Source: Nostoc punctiforme PCC 73102 (GTDB lineage Bacteria > Cyanobacteriota > Cyanobacteriia > Cyanobacteriales > Nostocaceae). Taken from it: a stretch of 32,000 nucleotides of DNA. The translations under genes were made by a program, and so were the position numbers. The stretch is from the NCBI RefSeq assembly GCF_000020025.1, contig NC_010628.1, positions 930,001 to 962,000 of the forward strand. The letters run 5' to 3'. The notes beneath the pieces were generated by a model, which saw only the letters and a list, made by a program, of their open reading frames with translations, searched no databases and was not told the DNA's origin. Shown here one piece after another: positions 8,601 to 16,218 of this stretch. Numbering within the stretch: position 1 is the first letter of the stretch; the number at the start of each line of letters is the position of its first letter.

Positions 8601-8720
8601 ATGCAAACTAAAGTTGTAATAGATTATTTAAGTAAATAAACAATGAGTACTAAGTATTTCAACTTTTATGATGGCGAAAGTGATTAAGGAGGGTTAAAGG
8701 AGAATAGAATGAGAGGATAA

Positions 8721-9545
8721 TTACTGATTTGTCTTTACAAGAGTAGTAAACTCTTGCAAAGCTTTCTGATACTTTTTTTCAGCTACCCAGAATAAATCAT
8801 TATGATTTGCCTCTTCAACCCACAAATAAAGCTTTGGCGATATTGCAGCATTAAACAACTTTTCTCCATGAGCAAAAGGAATGACATCATCTGCTTTTCC
8901 ATGAATCACTAGTATCGGACATTTCACTTTTTTGATATTGTCCAGATTGGGAAATTTGTCAAAAGGTAAAATCCGAAAAGGTACTATTACTTGAAAAGCG
9001 GAAATAAACGAACTTTCAATAAGTAAACCAGCTATCGGTTTTCGCATTGCTAAGTTTACCGCAGAACCGCCGCCAACCGAACGCCCCAAAACTATAATTC
9101 TTTCAGGTGGTATTTTTAAATTTTGGGTCAAATAATTGTAAGCGCTATTAATATCTTCGTATGCGTGATTTTCTGTCGCCTTTTCTTGACTCGTACCATA
9201 ACCACGATAATCATAAGCAAAGACACTAAAACCCCATGCGTGTAATTTTTCTAGGATCTCTTTGATATCTCCTAAATCTTCGGAATTACCATGAACATAA
9301 AGAATAGTATAATTAGCTTGATTGTTTAATAAGTATGTAGCTGAGATATTTGTATTTTCCCCACTTTTTAACTTAATAATTTTTGGATTATCCTGATAAC
9401 TAGAAGGACGAGGCAGAAAAATCATACTATCTACCCGTAAATATATATATCCAGCAAAAAATATATAAATAAATATGAAAGATTTAAGCAGTCTTTGCCA
9501 AGTAAAATCACCAATTAGCAATTTTATAAGTTGCTGTTTTTCCAT
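8721..9545 (-). CDS. Alpha/beta hydrolase with an N-terminal membrane anchor
   Basis: HGNSEDLG, nucleophile elbow GRSVGGG, HGKADDVIP and a late His (EEANHND). Hydrophobic N-terminal segment. Confidence 0.85.
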   Translation of the reverse strand: MEKQQLIKLLIGDFTWQRLLKSFIFIYIFFAGYIYLRVDSMIFLPRPSSYQDNPKIIKLKSGENTNISATYLLNNQANYTILYVHGNSEDLGDIKEILEKLHAWGFSVFAYDYRGYGTSQEKATENHAYEDINSAYNYLTQNLKIPPERIIVLGRSVGGGSAVNLAMRKPIAGLLIESSFISAFQVIVPFRILPFDKFPNLDNIKKVKCPILVIHGKADDVIPFAHGEKLFNAAISPKLYLWVEEANHNDLFWVAEKKYQKALQEFTTLVKTNQ

Positions 9546-9622
9546 TAGTTTTTATTTTTATTTCCCTTCATTCCAACCATCAATGATTTGTTTATAGAAC
9601 TTACGCAAAACCACACGCTGTA

Positions 9623-9673
9623 GGGGCAATACTTTACGAGTTCTCCAACAGAGTACCCGCAGAGTATAGCCCC
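9623..9673. repeat. Inverted repeat GGGGCAATACT...AGTATAGCCCC
   Basis: Imperfect 11-bp arms in the gap between two minus-strand genes. Adjacent to an ACTTACGCAAAA-type motif that I recall from Nostoc repeats. Confidence 0.35.
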
Positions 9674-9694
9674 TATCTAAAAACCCAATAAAGA

Positions 9695-10009
9695 CTATTT
9701 TGATTTTCGTGCCGATTTGGGCGGTGTTCGGTGTGCGCCAAAGTACTTCTCACTGCGATAGCGCAACCACACCCGCAACACTTGCGGAATCTGATCTTTT
9801 TGTTCCTTACTCAATGTATTGTAAAGGGCTAATGCGCGATCGCGTTCACCTCGACAAGCAGCGTTATTGTGAGCATCCCAATAGCTGCGGGCTACCCGAA
9901 TCCGCCGACACACTTCCTTAATCAGTTCTTCTCCTGTGAGTGGAGCGTCCTGCTTTGCCATACTCAGATGCGATAAATTTCTAATGCCATCGTAGCGAGT
10001 CAGACTCAT
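9695..10009 (-). CDS. Hypothetical protein
   Basis: ORF MSLTRYDGIRNLSHLSMAKQDAPLTGEELIKEVCRRIRVARSYWDAH.... I prefer the ATG at 10009 to the GTG at 10015. Confidence 0.55.
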   Translation of the reverse strand: MSLTRYDGIRNLSHLSMAKQDAPLTGEELIKEVCRRIRVARSYWDAHNNAACRGERDRALALYNTLSKEQKDQIPQVLRVWLRYRSEKYFGAHRTPPKSARKSK

Positions 10010-10191
10010 TCTCACAATTACAACCTAAACAAGTCAAACCCGCAAATCGGTTTCACTAGACTTTAGACACAGACAGCAAAACTAATTCAGCAATCTAATT
10101 CTGTAAAAACATAAATTTGTTCACTCCTAAGTATGGTGATTATTTGTATTTTTTCATCTTTAAAAGAGATTAATGCTCGGTAGGATCATTT

Positions 10192-11025
10192 ATGCGTATT
10201 TATCATCTTAATTGCGGTTGTATGTGCCCAATTGGTGGGGCACTCTTCGACGGTTTTAGCCGTGGGCTAACAGCCTGTCTCGTCTGTCACTGTCTGCTGA
10301 TTGAGACAAATCAGGGACTCGTTCTCATAGATACAGGCTTCGGTCAGCGCGATATGAAAGCGCCATTATCAAGACTCAGCCCCTTCTTCATGAATTTGAA
10401 TCGTATCAAGTTTGAAGAAAAATACACGGCGGTTGCGGCTATTGAACAGCTTGGTTTAAACCCGCGCGATGTCCGCCACATAGTACTTACTCACCTCGAT
10501 TTTGACCATGCAGGCGGGTTGGAAGATTTTCCCGAAGCAACCGTGCATGTAATGCTCAGTGAAATTGAAGCAGCGCGGGAACGGCAGGGCTTTGTCTCAT
10601 CGCAACGTTACCGTCCTGGCCAGTGGGATGAAGTAAAAAATTGGAAGTATTATTCGGCTGGCGGTGAACCTTGGTTTGGCTTTGAGGCTGTACGTAATCT
10701 CGAAGGACTACCGCCCGAAATTCTCCTGATACCGCTCGTTGGTCACACACTGGGTCATGCAGGTGTCGCTATTGAGACATCCGAAGGCTGGCTTTTACAC
10801 GCAGGCGATGCTTACTTTTACCGACAAGAAATCGGCTCTCCTAAACGAGTTTGCACACCTGGTTTGCGTGCCTACCAATGGTTTATGGAGGTAGACCGCA
10901 AGGCTCGACTTTCTAATCAAGATAAGTTGCGTGCATTATCGCTCGACCACAGTAGTGAAGTGCGCCTCTTTTGTAGCCATGATGCGATTGAGTTCAAAAC
11001 CTTCTCTGACCAAGATAATTTGTAA
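10192..11025 (+). CDS. MBL-fold metallo-hydrolase
   Basis: THLDFDHAGG metal-binding motif, later GHTLGH and CSHD. Confidence 0.85.
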   Translation: MRIYHLNCGCMCPIGGALFDGFSRGLTACLVCHCLLIETNQGLVLIDTGFGQRDMKAPLSRLSPFFMNLNRIKFEEKYTAVAAIEQLGLNPRDVRHIVLTHLDFDHAGGLEDFPEATVHVMLSEIEAARERQGFVSSQRYRPGQWDEVKNWKYYSAGGEPWFGFEAVRNLEGLPPEILLIPLVGHTLGHAGVAIETSEGWLLHAGDAYFYRQEIGSPKRVCTPGLRAYQWFMEVDRKARLSNQDKLRALSLDHSSEVRLFCSHDAIEFKTFSDQDNL

Positions 11026-11075
11026 TTGCAGGAAGACAATTCGCGCTCAACAGCTTTTAATTAGCTCAAAAACTC

Positions 11076-11126
11076 GACGCATCTCAACAGAATTATAGGG
11101 TTTTCAAGGTTCGGCTGAGATGCGTC
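11076..11126. repeat. Inverted repeat with 11-bp arms, possibly a terminator
   Basis: GACGCATCTCA-N29-TGAGATGCGTC. On the minus strand the stem is followed by GAGTTTTTG. Confidence 0.45.
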
Positions 11127-11209
11127 AATGTACTTAACAAATAAAATAACTTACTTAAGATTGCCTAGGTTATAATATTTTCTCAAGTTGATTTCAATAA
11201 ACAATTAAG

Positions 11210-11329
11210 CATATTGCTTTCTCATTTCAGTAGATTTAGCAAGCAAAAAGCCATATTGCTTTCTCAAAATGCTTGATTGCTTTTTCATTACGGTAGATTC
11301 AACAAGCAAAAAGACATATTCCTTTCTCA
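11210..11329. repeat. Imperfect tandem repeats upstream of the HsdR_N gene
   Basis: CATATTGCTTTCTCA at 11210 and 11252, and CATATTCCTTTCTCA at 11315. GTAGATT(T/C)A(G/A)CAAGCAAAAAG occurs twice. Unit lengths are 42 and 63 bp. Confidence 0.7.
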
Positions 11330-11637
11330 AAAGCTCCACGAATAAATACGGAGGCTTGAATAATTAGCTTGAGCATTCTTCTTTTGAGAATCCCTATGGA
11401 CTTAGGCTTAATCAAAAATTATTCTGATTGATTATTATTCATTACTGATGCCATAACACTTGTGAACAGGTCATGAGTGTTACAACATGGTACTTGTTTG
11501 GGAATACTTTTATAGGAATGATAAAGAAGGCGATCGCACTAACACTTTCAATTCAAATGTACTACATCACCTTGCAATCACTCCTATTTTACAAAAAAGA
11601 CGTATCAATAATCACTAATCTACCAGGAGTAAGCAAG

Positions 11638-12848
11638 ATGGGATTTACTGAAGATATTGTCAAGCTGTCTGAACAAGTGCGTAAGCGATTTGACCAAGTT
11701 GTTGGCGAAGAAGCTACTAAGATGGCGTTGATTGTTCCTTTTCTGAGCGCTCTTGGCTATGATGTCTATGATCCTAGCGAAGTCATGCCAGAATATGTAG
11801 CAGATTTTGCTACTAGAAGAGCGGGACAGTTTGAAAAAGTAGATTACGCCTTAGCTATTAATGGTACTAAAGTTATGCTCGTAGAGGCAAAAGCCCGTGG
11901 TCAAAAAGCTGAGGCACATGATGGGCAATTGAGCAAATATTTTAATGCACTTTTGACAACAAAAGTAGCTATCGTCACTAACGGTATTGAATACCGTTTC
12001 TTTACAGACTTGCGTGATAAAAATGTCATGGATAAGGAGCCATTTTTTACTTTTAATATCCTTGAATATGATTCCAAAGATATTGATAACCTCAAATTCT
12101 TTCACCGTGATAATTTTGATATCATAGCTATTACCAGCCATGCTGAAGAAATGGTTTATGTAAAAGGCATGACTCAGCTTGTAGGAAATCTTTTACGTTC
12201 TCCTTCTGAAGAATTTATTCGTTTCTTGGTATCTGAATTGCGTTCCTCTGACCGCAGGTATGAATTTCAAGGTAAGATTAATGCTAGGATAATTGAAAAA
12301 TTCAAGGTAATTGTTAAAAAGTCGATTCAAGGAAGTTTACTAGACTTAATGACAAGCTCCCTTAGCCGAGAAATGTCTCAACCTGTCCAAGTTGAAGTAG
12401 AAGCAGAAATTGAAGAAGAGGAACAACCCCAAGACCCTCAAGAATCAAGAATAGTAACCACTGCTGAAGAAATTGAAGCTTTTGAAAAAATTAAAGCAAT
12501 TACGCAAACTTCAAAGACTTACAGTTTTGAACTCAAATACAGAGATACTACCTCTTATTGTGGTATCAATCTTGGCAAAAGTACTTGGTGGTTCTGAGAC
12601 TATATCTGTCTTCGCAGAAAAAAAGTTTTATTACTCGGTTAAGCGTAGATGAAGTAAAGTCTCTAGCTTCAAACTTTGAAGTGCAGGAAGTATCAGCTTC
12701 TCTGGGGGATGCCGCATCAAAAGTAATTATTTCTTCTGCCAGCGATTTCGATAAGCTGACATTACTGATTCTCAGATGTTATGAGGTAGAAGCAGCCAAG
12801 CATCAAGCATTCACCCCAGATGTAATCAGAATGGAAAAATCAGCTTAA
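11638..12848 (+). pseudogene. Solitary HsdR_N-type (PD-ExK) nuclease-domain protein, frameshifted near codon 320
   Basis: AGGAG lies 9 nt before the ATG at 11638. Motif: ...VDYALAINGTKVMLVEAKARG...VTNGIEYRFF. The frame ends at TGA 12595-12597, but the reading ...STWWF(L)RLYLSSQKK... continues in another frame to 12848 if one base is restored in TTC(T)TGA. Confidence 0.7.
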
Positions 12849-13048
12849 CTCAAGGTATCTAATACAAAACTCCACCTACCCAACCATTTTTTGCTGTTTC
12901 CCATTCTGAGTGTTGAATATTTGTAGACAAAGGCAGATTGGGAATAACAGCATACTCAAAAGACAAAGTTATTAAACTAGTAGTGTACCAAGGTAACTTT
13001 GCTAAGTAAAACCTCTAATTGGTAAAATAGCCAAAAACGGGGTGTAAC

Positions 13049-14215
13049 ATGGCAAAAAAGTACATTGTTGACTTGAATGAAGATGAAGTTTCCCAACTGC
13101 AATCGATAATTAAGAAAGGTAAGCATAAGGCAAGAACCATAAGCCGTGCAAACATTCTTTTGATGGCTTCCGAAGGAGAAACGGATCAAGCGATCGCTAG
13201 CATAGTTAGAGCGCATGTTGCAACAGTGCAACGAATACGAGAAAAATTTGTCATTGGAGGGTTAGATTTTGCTTTAAAGGATGAAGTTCATCCACCAAAA
13301 CATAAAAAATTAGATGAAAAGCAAGAAGCATTTTTGATTGCAACAGCTTGTTCTAATCCGCCAGAAGGAAGAGTGCGTTGGACAATGCAATTATTAGCAG
13401 ATCATTTAGTGAACGTTGGTATCATAGATTCAATCTCAGATGAAACAGTACGTCAAACTTTAAAAAAAATGAAATTAAGCCTTGGTTGAAAGAACAATGG
13501 TGTATTCCTGAAGTTAACGCAGAATATGTTTTCCGAATGGAAGATGTGCTGGATTTATACAATGAGCCTTATGATCCTAAACGCCCTGTAGTCTGCTTTG
13601 ATGAACGTCCATACCAATTAGTAGAAGAAGTAAGACTTCCTTTGCCACCACAGCCAGAGCAACCTGAACGTTATGATTTTGAGTATAACGTAACGGGACA
13701 GTAAATTATTCGCATGTTTTCAACCCTTGGCTGGATGGCGGCATATCGAAGTACCAGAACGTCGAACTAAAGCCGATTTTGGCTAAACAAATGAAAAATT
13801 TAGTAGATGTTTCCTACCGAGATGCCGATGTTATTCGTTTAGTAGTTGATAACTTGAATATTCATACACCCAATGCATTATATGAAGTTTTTCCACCAGA
13901 AGAAGCACGTCGAATTATTCAAAAGTTAGAGTTTCACTATACTCCTAAACACGCTTCTTGGTGAGCCAGTGCGTTGGGCGGGTTCCCCGACTTGAAGCAA
14001 CTGGCGAACCCGAAGGGCTGAATCAGGTAGAAATCGAATTATCTGTTTTATCTCGCCAATGTTTAGAACGGCGTATTCCTAATGCAGAAACATTAACTTC
14101 TGAGATTGCCGCTTGGGAGAAAAAACGTAATCAGCAAAAAGCTAGTGTTTATTGGGGTTTTCAAACCAAAGATGCTCGCCGAAAAATGGAGCGTTTATAT
14201 CCAAATTTAACATAG
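13049..14215 (+). pseudogene. IS630-family DDE transposase, fragmented (copy A)
   Basis: HTH N-terminus (146 aa), then a -1 shift at the A8 run 13462-13469 (...[18 protein letters not shown]). Further 1-bp indels occur around 13690-13780, and a 56-bp insertion follows HASW. Confidence 0.85.
13962..14017. repeat. 56-bp GC-rich small-dispersed-repeat-like insertion inside the transposase gene
   Basis: TGAGCCAGTGCGTTGGGCGGGTTCCCCGACTTGAAGCAACTGGCGAACCCGAAGGG splits ...KHASW|LNQVEIE... and changes the frame. The identical insertion is present in copy B at 18297-18352. Confidence 0.7.
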
Positions 14216-14651
14216 CAAAGTTAGCTTGGCAGACTACTAGTTGTCTCTCATAGAAGCCTTTAGTCGCTTGGGGGGAGGACATCTGTAAAGCCTTCTCTAG
14301 CCTACCAATCAACATACCTCTGGTAGTAGCTTTATCATCGAAGTGTACTATATTAGCCCATCCATCTAGCTCTAAATCAGCCCCATAAACCGCCTCAAAC
14401 ACTTGCCAGAATGCGAAGGATTTTTCCCTAGAGTTTTGAATAAACTGCCTAGCTTTCTTTCGCATATATTCAGCATTGTTACCTGCCTTTGGGTCACTGA
14501 ATCGAGACTTATCGCCACCTAAAACAACCGGAGCAGCAAAGAAGTCTATGTGTCTTAGGTCATCTAAAAAGCGCTTCTCTTTGGCATCATCATTATCATC
14601 ATCAAAGCTTGACTGAATATTTGTATCTGCGTTATTATTAAAGAAAGCCAT
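14142..14651 (-). CDS. Hypothetical protein whose 3' end now runs into IS630 copy A
   Basis: ATG at 14651. Removing the IS in silico (keeping one TA) gives ...GFYERQLV-stop. With the IS present, 33 IS-encoded codons are appended. Confidence 0.55.
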   Translation of the reverse strand: MAFFNNNADTNIQSSFDDDNDDAKEKRFLDDLRHIDFFAAPVVLGGDKSRFSDPKAGNNAEYMRKKARQFIQNSREKSFAFWQVFEAVYGADLELDGWANIVHFDDKATTRGMLIGRLEKALQMSSPQATKGFYERQLVVCQANFAMLNLDINAPFFGEHLWFENPNKH

Positions 14652-14731
14652 TATTTGAATCCTTGGGCACTAAGCCCGGTTTTGTTTACTGTGAATATCG
14701 AACTTTAGGCAACTAGCTACGAACTAGTTGC

Positions 14732-14881
14732 CTATTTGGTTTCTGTGGGTTGTACTGGGAACCCTAAAGCCACTAACCTGATATATTCTGACTGCGAGTA
14801 CCCAGCGATCGCTGCAAGCTGTTTAATCCTTAATACTTCCTGTTCAGTAGCACGGAAGTTAACCTTTGCTGTCCTAGTCAT
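14732..14881 (-). CDS. MobC-like / ribbon-helix-helix mobilisation accessory protein
   Basis: MTRTAKVNFRATEQEVLRIKQLAAIAGYSQSEYIRLVALG fits the MobC pattern (R.T..E......A...G.S.SEYIR..AL). Confidence 0.55.
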   Translation of the reverse strand: MTRTAKVNFRATEQEVLRIKQLAAIAGYSQSEYIRLVALGFPVQPTETK

Positions 14882-15101
14882 TTCTGTAATCCCCGTTGAC
14901 CTTACTACTAATAAAATGTCAGGTCTGGATATCAACGGTAGAATCAGGGTTATAGCCTCTGGGTATTCCTGAGTTACCCTATGAAACCTTAAGAAAATCT
15001 AAAGATAATGAAATATTCCTATGATTCTAGGGGGGATAAGGGTACAACAGAGTACGCCTATAACTACTTTTGCAGAGATAGGCGGGGGTAGTTGAGATAA
15101 C

Positions 15102-15347
15102 TTAGAAAGTCCCTAGAGGATATCCAGCGTGTTCGGCTAAGATTTTTACCTTTTTCTGTAGCTGATAAACCTGATCCTGAAGCTCTCTGATATCGTTCTG
15201 GGCTTGTTCTTGATCTTCTAATGACATTCCTGAACTTCCCCTAAGTATATCAAGTATTAACTGATGCTTGCTAATGCCCTTTTCCTGTAACTGTGCCTTA
15301 AGCTGTGAATCCAGGTCGTCAGGCAATCTCAGGGTCATATTAGCCAT
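15102..15347 (-). CDS. Ribbon-helix-helix (CopG-like) protein with a coiled-coil tail
   Basis: MANMTLRLPDDLDSQLKAQLQEKGISKHQLILDIL.... An inverted repeat GTGTCA-N8-TGACAC (15410-15429) lies upstream. Confidence 0.6.
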   Translation of the reverse strand: MANMTLRLPDDLDSQLKAQLQEKGISKHQLILDILRGSSGMSLEDQEQAQNDIRELQDQVYQLQKKVKILAEHAGYPLGTF

Positions 15348-15600
15348 CGTGATGTATGTCTTATTTCTTAGCTGGTGATGTATTAATGATACCATAGTTA
15401 GTATCCTGGTGTCATTAGTAACTGACACATTATGCTATAAACTGGCACACACGGTTAACCCTTTTACAATCATTCTGGTATTTCTGTCTGACCTAAACTA
15501 CCTGAGTCAGCCCTAAGCATCCTCAGGATAACTAGTAACGAATATGGCTGCCTTAAGTAACAGTGTTATCATAGTGACTGCAAGTACTTAATAACTATTT

Positions 15601-15885
15601 ATGATAACCAAGATAATCTCTGGGCTGCTAGGGGTGTCCATAGTGCTGTCCAGTTCCTCTGTGCTAGCCAGGAATATCCTAATGGGAGTAACTAAAGATG
15701 GGGCTAAACTGTACGCTTTGACTAACTACCCACCTAACTCTGAGGATGATGGTATGGAGGGTTGGACATCCTTCACTTATGCCATAGAGGATGCCAAGGG
15801 CTACAGAGAAGTAAAAGCCTACACATCTTTCTGCAATGGTGGTAAGCTTCTGTCTCAGCCAGTTAAGGGTACTAAGGATACCTGA
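15601..15885 (+). CDS. Small secreted protein, possibly frameshifted and extending to 16004
   Basis: Signal-peptide-like N-terminus MITKIISGLLGVSIVLSSSSVLA. A protein-like frame (LKAPGWHSETPSGSVSVIADSQASLDLLKSVCYLAYNQYR) opens at the stop codon. Confidence 0.5.
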   Translation: MITKIISGLLGVSIVLSSSSVLARNILMGVTKDGAKLYALTNYPPNSEDDGMEGWTSFTYAIEDAKGYREVKAYTSFCNGGKLLSQPVKGTKDT

Positions 15886-16050
15886 AAGCTCCCGGTTGGC
15901 ATTCTGAAACACCTAGCGGCTCTGTAAGTGTGATAGCCGACAGTCAAGCTAGCCTAGACCTACTTAAATCAGTCTGCTACTTGGCGTATAACCAATATAG
16001 ATAAATCAGTAACCAAAGAACCCCCCCAAAACGTTCTGAGGGTTCAGTCA

Positions 16051-16218
16051 TTAGTCATCAGTTGTAACCTTTAGTCCTTGTGTGCATTCAGGTAGTCTGT
16101 TTTGGCTGATAAAGTACCGGACTTGGGCGGCCATAGAGAGTCCATTAATCGCTGAAAGGGCTTGTAGTTGGTGGTAAAGTTCATCATTTAGGGTGATAAG
16201 TAATCTTTTGGTTTTCAT
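16051..16218 (-). CDS. Ribbon-helix-helix (CopG-like) protein, 55 aa
   Basis: MKTKRLLITLNDELYHQLQALSAINGLSMAAQVRYFISQ.... Too short for the ORF track. Its ATG lies inside the 9-bp target duplication of the adjacent IS. Confidence 0.6.
   Translation of the reverse strand: MKTKRLLITLNDELYHQLQALSAINGLSMAAQVRYFISQNRLPECTQGLKVTTDD

Larger units (their letters stand above)
12977..14240 (+). mobile_element. IS630-family insertion sequence, copy A (1264 bp)
   Basis: ~30-bp TIRs CTAGTAGTGTACCAAGGTAACTTTGCTAAG / CTAGTAGTCTGCCAAGCTAACTTTGCTATG. CTAG at both ends fits the IS630 CTAG target with TA duplication. A near-identical inverted copy lies at 18074-19340. Confidence 0.9.

Noticed and set aside
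11210-11329. The tandem repeats as a mini CRISPR array
   Set aside because: There are only 2-3 units of irregular length (42 and 63 bp). The repeats are not separated by unique spacers of constant size, there are no cas genes, and the repeats are AT-rich and not CRISPR-like.
11473-11637. N-terminal extension of the HsdR_N ORF from 11473, as in the ORF track
   Set aside because: The extension is hydrophobic and unprotein-like. A good AGGAG sits 9 nt before the ATG at 11638, and the recognisable domain starts right there.
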